Shown here: positions 8,782 through 18,418 of the stretch, one piece after another
How the letters are laid out: each line of letters starts with the position of its first letter
How positions within the stretch are numbered: the first letter of the stretch is position 1
Assembly: GCA_013288345.1 (NCBI GenBank)
Contig: JABDCA010000001.1
Location: forward strand, 13,417 to 77,416
DNA from: Bacteroidota bacterium
GTDB taxonomy: Bacteria > Bacteroidota > Bacteroidia > JABEUT01
Direction of reading: 5' to 3'
Length of the DNA: 64,000 nt
The notes under the pieces: model-generated
What the model was told of the DNA's origin: nothing
Database searches by the model: none
What the model saw: only the letters and a program-made list of their open reading frames with translations
Translations under genes and position numbers: made by a program

Positions 8782-11018
8782 TGGCAGAGAAAATTAAAAT
8801 TAGACCCTTTGCTCGCCTCTTAACAATGCTTGGTGAGCAGTTGATTAAAAATGAGAAAATCGCACTTGTAGAGCTCATTAAAAATGCTTATGACGCCGAT
8901 GCAAGTTGGGTACAAATTCGCTTTATAAATTTCAAAGGAAAAGAAGGTGAAGACAGCTTAGAATTTGGATCGAATTCTTATATTGAGATAGAAGATAATG
9001 GCGATGGAATGACTTCTACTGTTATAAAGCAACATTGGATGAACCCTGCAACACCAATAAAACTATTAAAGAAGAAAATCAAAGAAAAAACGAATAGAAA
9101 AAACAGAATAATTCAAGGTGAAAAAGGCATAGGCCGTTTTGCTGTTTTTAAATTAGGGTCAACAGTAGAGATTTCTACTAGAAGCATAGAAGACGAGAAA
9201 CACGAAGTTTATATTAAAAGTGATTTTTCAGGATATGACAGTGAGTTTACACAGGAAAAAGGCGAAGAAAAGGATATTTATTTGGACCAGATTGAAATTG
9301 ACTATACTACCAGAACTCGCCCAATTGACATTGTGGAAGGAAAAATTAAAATACGAAATGAAAAAAAAGAACGCCCACCCTATGGAACTCTTATAAAGAT
9401 TTCTAATTTAAAAGGGGACTGGACAATGGAAAAAATTAATTCAGTCTTTGATGATGTGTTGAAATTAGAATTTCCATTTAAAGAGAAAGGTAAAGAAGAT
9501 TTTGTGGTTGATATTTGTGTTAAAGGTAAATCTTTATTTGAAAGTGATGAGGTTCAAAATAAGTTGACCGCCTTATTGTCTACAGCTCCCCTTCGAGTGA
9601 AAGATGGATATTTTAATGATGAGGAGAAAAGTGTCACTATGACCGTCAATGGAAGTAAAGTTGTACTTGATTTAGAAAGGTTGAAGGCGATTAAAGAATT
9701 CAAGAAGCGCTTCTGTAATAAGGACGGCGAGTTTATTAGGGAGCCGGAATGCGGCCCCTTTACTTTTGATTTTTACGTTTTTGATTTAACTTCGAAGGCG
9801 CCTCCTAAACATTTACTTGATAGTAAGACTGAGGTACCTATTGTAAAAGATCATAGAATCTACCTATATAGAGATGATGTAAGAGTTTACCCTTATGGCG
9901 ATCCAGATGATGATTGGTTAGGTATTGACGTACTTCGTGGAACTGGAAGGGCTGGGGACTACCTAAGTAACGACCAAACAGTTGGATACATTGGAATTAC
10001 TCAAAAAAACAATCGAAAATTAAAAGATAAGACTAACAGGGAAGGTCTCATTGAAATTGGCGGTGCTCTTGAGGACTTTAAGAGAATTATACAAGGTATT
10101 CTTGGGTATTTGAGAAAAGAATATCAAAAATATAAAGATGCTAATGATAAAATTAATGCGTCAAAAATATTTAAAGAACAAGAGGTTGAAAAGCAATTAA
10201 AAAAACTTGAAGAATATCTTAAAGAAAAGAAAGATAAAGAAGGAGCTGACGCAATTCGTATCATTTCTGCAAATTATTCAAAGGAAAGAGATTATTTATC
10301 AGAACGAGCTGAAGTAACGGAAGAATTAGCTGCGGTTGGATTAGCGGTAGAAGCTACTTCTCATGATGTTATGGTTATGATAAGTAGGGCCAAAGAAGCT
10401 GTAGATTCGTTAGTAAAAATGAATGAAGCCAAAGAAATTAATGTCACTGATTTTAATAATCATTTACTTACACTTAGGGGACAAATTTCATTTATCGAAG
10501 ACCAACTCAAAGGTATTCAACCTATTTTTCGTTCCAGTAAAAGGTCAAGCAGGGATTACCGGGTTAAAAAAATTATTGAAGATGTTAAAAAGTATTACTC
10601 TACAGTAATTGCAAGAAGAAATATAAAGGTAACGATTGAGGAACATGGGACACCTCTTGTAGTAAAATGTACTGAAGCAGTATTACTGCAAACATTTATT
10701 AATCTATTTGATAATGCATGCTATTGGTTAGATACTCAAGATAGTAACGGTAAAGAAATTCGGATAGTTTTAGACGGAAGTTCTTATAGTGTAATATTTG
10801 CTGATAATGGACCGGGTATTTGGGATGATGATGTACCTTATATTTTCAATGCATTCTTTTCAGCAAAGGGTTTAAAAGGTAGGGGTTTAGGCTTATATAT
10901 TGCTCGCCAATTGTTAGAAAGACATGAATTTGAAATATCGTATATTACTGAACGTAAGAGAAAAATTCTCTCAGGGGCTAATCTATATATTAGCTTTATT
11001 CCAAAAGAAGAAAATTAA
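8781..11018 (+). CDS. MORC/MutL-like GHKL ATPase fused to a C-terminal histidine kinase
   Basis: N-terminal ELIKNAYDADA, DNGDGM, GEKGIGRF. C-terminal H-box ATSHDV, N-box NLFDNA, DNGPGI, FNAFFSAK, GRGLGLY. The GTG start overlaps the methylase stop. Confidence 0.88.
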   Translation: MAEKIKIRPFARLLTMLGEQLIKNEKIALVELIKNAYDADASWVQIRFINFKGKEGEDSLEFGSNSYIEIEDNGDGMTSTVIKQHWMNPATPIKLLKKKIKEKTNRKNRIIQGEKGIGRFAVFKLGSTVEISTRSIEDEKHEVYIKSDFSGYDSEFTQEKGEEKDIYLDQIEIDYTTRTRPIDIVEGKIKIRNEKKERPPYGTLIKISNLKGDWTMEKINSVFDDVLKLEFPFKEKGKEDFVVDICVKGKSLFESDEVQNKLTALLSTAPLRVKDGYFNDEEKSVTMTVNGSKVVLDLERLKAIKEFKKRFCNKDGEFIREPECGPFTFDFYVFDLTSKAPPKHLLDSKTEVPIVKDHRIYLYRDDVRVYPYGDPDDDWLGIDVLRGTGRAGDYLSNDQTVGYIGITQKNNRKLKDKTNREGLIEIGGALEDFKRIIQGILGYLRKEYQKYKDANDKINASKIFKEQEVEKQLKKLEEYLKEKKDKEGADAIRIISANYSKERDYLSERAEVTEELAAVGLAVEATSHDVMVMISRAKEAVDSLVKMNEAKEINVTDFNNHLLTLRGQISFIEDQLKGIQPIFRSSKRSSRDYRVKKIIEDVKKYYSTVIARRNIKVTIEEHGTPLVVKCTEAVLLQTFINLFDNACYWLDTQDSNGKEIRIVLDGSSYSVIFADNGPGIWDDDVPYIFNAFFSAKGLKGRGLGLYIARQLLERHEFEISYITERKRKILSGANLYISFIPKEEN

Positions 11019-11025
11019 CATTACC

Positions 11026-12243
11026 ATGCCTGATTTACATAAAGGTTTTGTTCTTCTAATAGACGACACAATAAACACGCCATTGGAAGCTACTGATGGG
11101 ATCGGTGATATAATAAAGATAATAGAAAAACGTTCAATCCCATGTTGTAAGTATCAGGAAGTGCCTGCTTCAGCTATTTTCGATCATCTACATTCGGTTA
11201 ATTTCATTGTTTTAGATTGGGAATTAATAACCCCAGTCTTAGCAGGAACTGGAGTAAGCTTAGGAGAAACAGTCAAACAGGCAGATGTAGGAAGAAATAT
11301 CGAGTTTTTAAAGAAAGTAAAGGCAAACTGCCTGTGTCCTGTTTTTATATTTACTAATAATAATGTAGCAGATATCATTAATAAGTTGGTAAAAGAGAAA
11401 TTATACGATAAAGATAAAGACTATCGAAATTTTATTTTTATAAAGAATAAAAGCGAACTGAAAGAGGAAGGTAAACTCTTTCAACTCATAGATACTTGGA
11501 TGAATAGCAATCCTGCAATTCACACACTAAAAAACTGGGAAAATGCATTTTTAAAAGCTAAAAGTGGGACATTTTCTAAATTATTTAATATTAATCCTTT
11601 ATGGTCAAAAATACTTTGGGATGCATTTAAAACTGATCAGGTAAATGAGAGTTCGAATTTAAATGAAATTATTTATAGGAATGTTAAATCACAAACTTCT
11701 CATATAGAATTAGATCAGTCAATAATTGCATCCATTACTGATGAAAATTTAGATCTTGAAGAAATCAAGAATGTAATTACTGGTGCAACCTATATTGATA
11801 ATGTCAATATACCAATCGATGATATTCAACCTGGCGATATTTTTAAAATTGAAAAGGATACGTACTATATTAATTTCCGACCAGTTTGTGACACTGTTCC
11901 TAAAAGATCACAGTTTGATGGTTATGTATACTGCTTAAAAGGCGTCAAATTATCATCTGGTCAAGTTGAGGAAAGACATGATGAGGACTATAATATGCTA
12001 ATTGATAAAACTAATGAAGTGATTTTATATGGAGTTGATGGTAAAAATTTTGTTTCCTTCTCTTTAAAGGCAATTTTCCAATTCAAATTTGAGGATATAA
12101 AAGAAAAGAGGATTCAGCGGTTATTGCCTCCTTATGCTAATTATGTACAACAAACTGCTGGTGCATATACTCAAAGAGTTGGGCTTCCAAGGATACCAGT
12201 AGAGATTATTGAAAAGAATAGGAAGACAGGTGTAATAAAATGA
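11026..12243 (+). CDS. Receiver-domain protein with an uncharacterised C-terminal domain (the ORF-track start at 10924 is probably too early)
   Basis: ATG at 11026, 7 bp after the kinase stop. Receiver motifs VLLIDD, IVLDWEL and PVFIFT. No HTH recognised in the C-terminus. Confidence 0.78.
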   Translation: MPDLHKGFVLLIDDTINTPLEATDGIGDIIKIIEKRSIPCCKYQEVPASAIFDHLHSVNFIVLDWELITPVLAGTGVSLGETVKQADVGRNIEFLKKVKANCLCPVFIFTNNNVADIINKLVKEKLYDKDKDYRNFIFIKNKSELKEEGKLFQLIDTWMNSNPAIHTLKNWENAFLKAKSGTFSKLFNINPLWSKILWDAFKTDQVNESSNLNEIIYRNVKSQTSHIELDQSIIASITDENLDLEEIKNVITGATYIDNVNIPIDDIQPGDIFKIEKDTYYINFRPVCDTVPKRSQFDGYVYCLKGVKLSSGQVEERHDEDYNMLIDKTNEVILYGVDGKNFVSFSLKAIFQFKFEDIKEKRIQRLLPPYANYVQQTAGAYTQRVGLPRIPVEIIEKNRKTGVIK

Positions 12244-12954
12244 GTAAAGGCAACTGGTCATTTTTACACGAATGGGTTATTTATGACTACCTTCAAGCAC
12301 GTTCTCAGTCAAAAACCCTCAGGCTCAAACAAGTTATTAGCAAGGGCAACACAATGGGTAGGACTAAATGGGTAAAGGTAAAGGATCTACAACCTAAATA
12401 ATCAAATAAAGAAACATACCGAGACCAAGATATGGATTTTATATCAGGGGCCCAATTTTAATGAAGGCACGGGGATTATTAAGCCAGCACGAGAAAGTAA
12501 GATATGGTGTCCTACTGAGAATTTAACAAGATTTGATTTGACAAAAGGCGACAGGGTATTGTTTATTAAGACAAAAGGAATAGGTCGTATTCAATTACAA
12601 AATAAATTTTTGAAGGAAAAGGTAGTTGACAGTAAGTGGGTTTTAGAAGAATTATACATTGCAGAAGTTAGTTCTAAAATATTCAGTCGAAAAGAGTATT
12701 GCCAATACAAAAAAAATAATTTCAATAAACAGTTTTGGAAGAATGATCCATATCAGAATGAACAATGGAGATGGAATAGAGTCTTTGAATTTGTACATAT
12801 AAAAAGCATACGTATACCAATCAATATGTCAGAACTATACCAAATTGAAAAGGCCAAGAATTTTGTTAATAAATCATGGGAGGCACTTTGTTATGGTAGA
12901 TCAAGAGAACTAAACCTCTCTGATTATCGGAATTTGCTGGAGGTATTGGCGTAA
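12240..12954 (+). pseudogene. Frameshifted or split fourth gene of the methylase operon, possibly with an EVE/PUA-like C-terminal part
   Basis: ATG 12240 overlaps the receiver stop (ATGA) and gives a 53-aa ORF ending at 12401. The +1 frame is open from 12382 to 12954 (IWILYQGPNF...KIWCPTENLTRFDLTKGDRVLFIK). Confidence 0.5.
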
Positions 12955-12974
12955 TAGATCAAATAGAAGAATAA

Positions 12975-13466
12975 TTAAACTTTGTTTCCTTTTTTGGAAA
13001 TGAGCTTACTCTCTTTTATTTTTGCTAAAACAACTTTCGGAAACGCATCTTTACTCATTTTATAGCTAAGTATTCCATCAGCCCCTGTTACCGTATATTC
13101 TTTTCTTTTGCTCCGAGATACTCTAACCCATTCGGTTGTTTTGTGAATTTTATTTACGTCTAATATTTCCTTCAATTCAGTATAATTTAGCGCTACAACT
13201 CCATCCTCTCCGCAAACTAAAACTAAATAGACATCTTTAAATTGTATTTTAATCCGAAGAATTTCCTCCTGATGTATTTTACTTAGGGTAAAAGACCAAG
13301 GAGTCAGTCTTTTTTGTGAATGCTTAATATAAATACCAATAGATTTGTTAATAATATAGGAAGCATTATTTAGGGTCATAAAGCGTGAAAAAGATATTGG
13401 CTCTTTACTATGATCTATTAATTTAGTAAAGACAGTGCCATGGTAAAATTCAAAATTCTTAATCAC
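12975..13466 (-). CDS. Hypothetical protein coupled to the Z1 helicase
   Basis: GTG start overlaps the helicase stop by 8 bp; alpha/beta pattern (GIYIKHSQKRLTPWSFT, VYLVLVCG). Confidence 0.7.
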   Translation of the reverse strand: MIKNFEFYHGTVFTKLIDHSKEPISFSRFMTLNNASYIINKSIGIYIKHSQKRLTPWSFTLSKIHQEEILRIKIQFKDVYLVLVCGEDGVVALNYTELKEILDVNKIHKTTEWVRVSRSKRKEYTVTGADGILSYKMSKDAFPKVVLAKIKESKLISKKGNKV

Positions 13467-15315
13467 TATTTCGGGATATTTTTAAAAATCTTATGCTGCC
13501 CTGGTACTTGTAGAATACACGTGCCTTATTTTGTTCATTAAACATGATATTTATGTGGTGAATCGCATCGGGGAAAATATTTAATTCCAATTCTCTATTA
13601 CCAATAAACCCCCTATTACGAATAATTGTTGCCTTGTTAGTTTCCCCAGATTTGTCATTATAACCGGAAATAGTTTTAGGTAAATGTACAGCCACAGAGA
13701 CATCCCCTAAAGGGCAGAAAGTTTCAATGTAGCTAATTAGGTAGTCAGGAAGAGAATCTTTACCAATAAAACTTGCAAGAATTTTAATCTTTGTAATAGA
13801 ACTGATATTCTGATTAATAATTTCCTCAATCTCTGTCTGTTGAAAATCAAATAGAGCAAAACTCATTTCACCTTTATCAACTACAACATTTGTCTGATCA
13901 ATACTTGAACCTGAAACCACGGCAATTCGATTGCCATCAAGCCAGATAGGTGTTTTATTATTCTGTTTTCTTGATTCAAGAGATAATCTATGAAAAATAA
14001 AACATTTTTGCCAGTCTAAATATAAAGTCCTTGGAATAATAAGTTCAAAGTATTTAAGATATGTTCCACGAGAACCAAACATCCGGGCTCTTTGGATATA
14101 TGTATCTTGCTGTAATTTATGTTTTACATCACGGGTAAAAAACATTGACAGTAAATTATTAAATGTTACTCCCCTTGAGACTATATTACCACCAATAGCG
14201 ATAGTAAAAGGAGCAGTGGGTTGAGTGGCGGTTCTATTGTCGGCCGCATTTACTTCCTTATCACTGTTCATTACTACAATATTATTCCTATCTCTGTTAC
14301 CCATTATATACCTTGTTATTCCATCGGGATGACCAGGGTAGCGTTCATTTGCTATTTCCCATATTCTTTTAAAATAAATTTCATAATTATTATTTTCCCG
14401 ATCCTTTAATGCTTCAAAAATTTTCACAACTTGGGTATAGTCTGTAGAATGATCCACTTTTTTTCCACTTGTATGAATTAGCATGGAATAATTCTGCTCA
14501 CGAGTTTGTATAATAGTATTTAAATATCCAACGTTAACCATAAAACTGAATAAAGCTTCTCTCAGAAATCTTGGATCGTCACCGGTGTCCGGTAAAAATG
14601 TGAGTCTATATGGTAGGTCATCAATGGAAACAGGGAAGAAGATATCTTGTCCAGTATATTCAGAATGGGGAGGAAAATCAATCCAGTATTCCTGTTGGTT
14701 CTGATGGGTTCTATTTAGGTCTAATCTGGCAGGGGTGGCGGTAACACCAATATAAGTACCTGTATCTCCAATTAGTATTTCTGTTAATTCATTGATTCTA
14801 CTTTTTTCACTTTTATTTATTTTAGAATTTGGAGTAGCATAATCAGCTTCATCATCGATTACGACTCTTTTATTATGTCCATCTAATTTTTGGTTTAATT
14901 TTTGCAAGTCCTGGGTATTTTTCTTACAAAAAATAACCCATTGATGGTCACCAATACTCACATCTGGTGATAATATCTCGCTAAACTTTTTAGGAGCTGG
15001 TGCTAAACCAGAACGTTGAAAACGTTCTAAATTTTGATTGAGAAGTTGAACGCTGTCATTTAGTAAAACCACAACAATTTTGAACCCAAAATCCAAAAGT
15101 TTTGCTGTTAAAGCAATCATCATTTCGGTTTTTCCGCTTTGCGGCTCACCATAAATTACGAATGAACGACGGTTATTCTTTATATTTTCAATAGAAGCGC
15201 CAATTACACTCTTTATGCGTTCTATTTCTTGATTATTTTCAATAAGTACTGCTAAACGTCTTTCAAAACGATTGTCATTATGGCTTTCACTTTCTAAATC
15301 TTCAAGATTAAACAT
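13459..15315 (-). CDS. Superfamily 2 helicase with Z1 domain
   Basis: Walker A GEPQSGKT, Walker B DDEAD, motif III TATP, SMLIHTS, GGNIVSRGVTF and DTYIQRARMFGSR. Confidence 0.85.
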   Translation of the reverse strand: MFNLEDLESESHNDNRFERRLAVLIENNQEIERIKSVIGASIENIKNNRRSFVIYGEPQSGKTEMMIALTAKLLDFGFKIVVVLLNDSVQLLNQNLERFQRSGLAPAPKKFSEILSPDVSIGDHQWVIFCKKNTQDLQKLNQKLDGHNKRVVIDDEADYATPNSKINKSEKSRINELTEILIGDTGTYIGVTATPARLDLNRTHQNQQEYWIDFPPHSEYTGQDIFFPVSIDDLPYRLTFLPDTGDDPRFLREALFSFMVNVGYLNTIIQTREQNYSMLIHTSGKKVDHSTDYTQVVKIFEALKDRENNNYEIYFKRIWEIANERYPGHPDGITRYIMGNRDRNNIVVMNSDKEVNAADNRTATQPTAPFTIAIGGNIVSRGVTFNNLLSMFFTRDVKHKLQQDTYIQRARMFGSRGTYLKYFELIIPRTLYLDWQKCFIFHRLSLESRKQNNKTPIWLDGNRIAVVSGSSIDQTNVVVDKGEMSFALFDFQQTEIEEIINQNISSITKIKILASFIGKDSLPDYLISYIETFCPLGDVSVAVHLPKTISGYNDKSGETNKATIIRNRGFIGNRELELNIFPDAIHHINIMFNEQNKARVFYKYQGSIRFLKISRNSD

Positions 15316-15403
15316 ACTTCTAAATGGTATTATATAGAAACCACTAATATAAAGAATACTATGATGTATACAATAAAATCACATCTCTGCATAGAGTATA
15401 TAA

Positions 15404-15437
15404 AGTAAAGAGGCACCATTTTAGGTGCCTCTTTACT
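15404..15437 (-). terminator. Intrinsic terminator hairpin
   Basis: Perfect 14-bp stem AGTAAAGAGGCACC / GGTGCCTCTTTACT with a 6-nt loop, just after the 15458 ORF. Confidence 0.75.
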
Positions 15438-15457
15438 ATTAATTAGACTGAACTCAA

Positions 15458-15619
15458 TTATTTCCTCGTTTTAGCAGGAGGAGGAGTATATTTTGGCGAC
15501 GCAGGGTTATTTGGCTGTTTTTGGAGTTGTTGGTTTTTCTGGTCAGCAGCATGAGCCGGACTGGTAGGATTTTTTTTATCCGAACGATCATTGTTTGCAA
15601 TTTGTTCTTTTGTTGTCAT
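15458..15619 (-). CDS. Small hydrophilic Pro/Lys/Gln-rich peptide (53 aa)
   Basis: ATG 15619 with an AT-rich leader, MTTKEQIANNDRSDKKNPTSPAH...TPPPAKTRK, followed by a terminator. Confidence 0.45.
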   Translation of the reverse strand: MTTKEQIANNDRSDKKNPTSPAHAADQKNQQLQKQPNNPASPKYTPPPAKTRK

Positions 15620-15728
15620 AGTTATAAATTGGTTTTTACTAATCATTATGCGATTATCGAAGGCTTTCTTCTTATTCGCTTCATCATCTGGGTTGCCGGC
15701 CCTTAATAGCCATTTTTAGCTTGTTAAC

Positions 15729-16046
15729 TTATTGTAGAGCCTTTAAATGCTCAATACCCTTTTCTGTAATACAAGCATATACATCAGGTGGATTTATATT
15801 AAATGTTTCATGCTTATTCTTTGGAAAGTACGCCATAAGGTTATTATATGGATCTACGCCAAGCTTTAAATAATCAGTTGAAGTAACTGTTATATACTTA
15901 CCCTCCAATAATTGTTGTATAAGTATTTTTGCCCTATTCAAATCTGTACTATCAATACATGGGTTAACTCTAATCGGAGTGTCCATAGCGTGATTATCAT
16001 TTAAGAAAGTCAGAAGTTTTATTTCCGGTGAGTTATTTTGTTGCAT
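15729..16046 (-). CDS. Hypothetical protein, possibly winged-helix
   Basis: 105-aa ORF with a C-terminal ITEKGIEHL motif. Confidence 0.5.
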   Translation of the reverse strand: MQQNNSPEIKLLTFLNDNHAMDTPIRVNPCIDSTDLNRAKILIQQLLEGKYITVTSTDYLKLGVDPYNNLMAYFPKNKHETFNINPPDVYACITEKGIEHLKALQ

Positions 16047-16400
16047 ATTTTCTATTATTTAGGTTTGTAATTATATCCTGAAACTAAGTTCTGAATTATT
16101 TTGGTGCTTTCCAATATACTTATGGTATATATATATTGGCTAATGGTTATATATCTTATAACCATCTAATTATAGATATTAAAAACTTTATTGTTAAAAA
16201 ACCTAATAGATAGCTATATTTGCGTATTCTTTGTTGGCTGCATTAGCATTCCAGCTAAGTATAGAAACAAAGGAATAAAATATGTCAGAGCATAAATGAC
16301 ACAATGGTACCAATTGGGTATTATGCTACTGAGACTCGTCCGGTCAAATAAAGAGAATTGTGCATTCCAGCCCAACTACCTCCTCTGACGGAAAAAAATG

Positions 16401-16424
16401 GACTCGCCTTCGAAAAAGGGAGTC
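16401..16424 (-). terminator. Intrinsic terminator
   Basis: GACTC-G-CCTT / AAGG-GAGTC hairpin followed by a T7 run on the minus strand. Confidence 0.55.
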
Positions 16425-16614
16425 AAAAAATAATTCAAGAGCCGGAAAGTTCTGAATATAAAAAGCCTACGATTGCAACGTTGGCTTTTTATTTGAAAAT
16501 CAATTACTTAATTACTGTTTCACGGCCAATTTTTGTTGATTTGAGACTTGCGTAATTAAGGAAGTACTATATCAATGCTTGCAGGATTGATATGTATAAT
16601 TGTATTTATTTGGA

Positions 16615-16671
16615 TTACCTTGTAGGCTTTGGTTTTATAGGTGGAGCGCCTTTCTTTTTATAGATATTCAT
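16615..16671 (-). CDS. Candidate micro-ORF (18 aa, MNIYKKKGAPPIKPKPTR)
   Basis: Starts 1 bp after the stop of the 49-aa ORF and has the same Lys/Pro composition. Confidence 0.25.
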   Translation of the reverse strand: MNIYKKKGAPPIKPKPTR

Positions 16672-16672
16672 T

Positions 16673-16822
16673 TTATTTTTTATTAGGTCTAATTATTGGA
16701 TTTGCGCCCTCTTTCTCATCTGGTTTAGGCTCGCTATTCTTCCATTTTTTAATATCAGGATGTGGATTCTGTTTAGGTATAACTACTGGTTTAGTAGGTG
16801 TAATCTTTTTTTCGTCTGCCAT
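16673..16822 (-). CDS. Candidate micro-ORF (49 aa, MADEKKITPTKPVVIPKQNPHPDIKKWKNSEPKPDEKEGANPIIRPNKK)
   Basis: Hand translation; ATG after an AT-rich leader; below the ORF-track length cutoff. Confidence 0.45.
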   Translation of the reverse strand: MADEKKITPTKPVVIPKQNPHPDIKKWKNSEPKPDEKEGANPIIRPNKK

Positions 16823-16880
16823 TAAAAATATGTTTTATCCATCAAATTTAACCATTTTCCTAAATGCAATAGCCTTTAAG

Positions 16881-18056
16881 TTACTTTAAATTTATAAATG
16901 TATCCGCCTTCTCCTTTTGGTGCCTTCTTCCGTAATAAGCCTGTTTAACATTAGGGCACAACTTTTCACAGTTTAAAGTGCGATTCTCTGCAGAACGCCT
17001 GCTTATTGCAAGTTTAACTTCGTAGGCGTCATTAATGTCCTTCTTCTTTTTACCTTTTATAACTTCATTTGGCGTTAGCGTATGTAATACTGGTAAATGC
17101 AGATTATTATTATAATCTATCATCTCTGGTAAAATATCTGCTAGATGTTGAAAGCTCTCAAGCTTATACTTTTTCAGTATTATATGCTTAAATTTATGAT
17201 TCCATCTTTCAATTAGATTGTTGCTCTTCTTTATATAAGTGCCTATTATTTGACTAATTCGTATTCTGTGGTCATTTCTCATTAACTCATGTATAAACCC
17301 ATGGTTTTCGGGTCCGTCATCGCAATAAAGTTTAATGCTTCTATTATAAAGGCGGTTTTTTACAATAACTTGTTTTAGGTTTTGGGCAACGGTTTCAGAT
17401 TTACTTGAGTACGAAGGAACAGCTCCAAGTATATTTCTTGAATAATTATCCATAATAAAATGAATATAACATCTTTCGCCATTACTACATTTGACCATTG
17501 TAGAATCCATATGCAAGATTGTAAATGGCTTCCTAGCGGTTATGGTCTCTCCTTCATGATCTTTATTGCGTTCCTTTGGTTCAATTAGCCCTGCATAGGC
17601 TATTGCATATTTAGAGAAGGTCTGCCGGCTTATATATAAACCTTCTCGTCTTGCCTTAGCCCATATATGATTACGTGGCAGATTACTGTTCTCTGGATCA
17701 GTGAAGTATCTTTTAAATTTCTCTTGTTCTGAAAGTGTAAGTTGTTGAGGAGCGTTCAAAAAACACTTTTTCAAGACGGAGGTTTTACATTTCTTATACG
17801 TAGCCCACTGCTTTATCCTTTTTTCATTTATCCCAATTTTCTCCTCTAATGTTTTTCTGGGAAGAAAATTTCTTGCCAGGAAATAAGCCTGAACTAACTT
17901 TTCCCTGTTTCGTTTTTCCAGGCGGTCTCTTTCACCGGTCGAATCCAGCATCTCATTGAAGCAATTCACCAATACAGTAAGACCCTCACAAATTGCAACA
18001 TAGTCTATCGGATCTGTCTTGGTAGGTTTGATTGTAGAAGTACGTTTTTTCTTCAT
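16881..18056 (-). mobile_element. DDE (integrase-core, IS3/IS481-like) transposase
   Basis: Catalytic triad: ILHMDST (D1) with FIMDNYSRNILG, LYCDDGPEN (D2) and NNLIERWNHKFK (E). Confidence 0.8.
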
Positions 18057-18109
18057 TTGTATAAAAAAGTTTCAAAAATTGAATATATTTGAAATTTACC
18101 ATTTAAAGA

Positions 18110-18346
18110 ATGTTACTTAAAGAATTCAACTCATTATCGTTGGCTGAAAAGACCAGATTGGTGTTTGCTGAAGGGAAACTTGTTGATATTTTCGAGAAAA
18201 AGCATAATTTACAAAAAGCTTTCTATTATAAATTGGAAGAACTTAAAATCGATGTCATATTCGATAAATCTCGAAATACTGTATTGGATGTTTTAGCCTG
18301 GGAACACAATGATGAAAGAGTTGCATTTATTAAACTTCAATCATAG
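18110..18346 (+). CDS. Small hypothetical protein
   Basis: 78-aa ORF preceded by TATATTTG at 18084-18091. Confidence 0.6.
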   Translation: MLLKEFNSLSLAEKTRLVFAEGKLVDIFEKKHNLQKAFYYKLEELKIDVIFDKSRNTVLDVLAWEHNDERVAFIKLQS

Positions 18347-18418
18347 TGTTATTAAACTTGGTTCAATAAGATATACATACAGTCAAATGCTTTTTATTTT
18401 TCTTATAAACTCCTAACC

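Noticed and set aside
10924-11025. ORF-track N-terminal extension of the receiver protein
   Set aside because: It overlaps the kinase C-terminus by 95 bp; ATG 11026 directly precedes the receiver fold.
16641-16889. 82-aa hydrophobic plus-strand ORF as a membrane toxin
   Set aside because: Its Phe/Gly/Leu richness is the antisense shadow of the Lys/Pro-rich minus-strand micro-ORFs.
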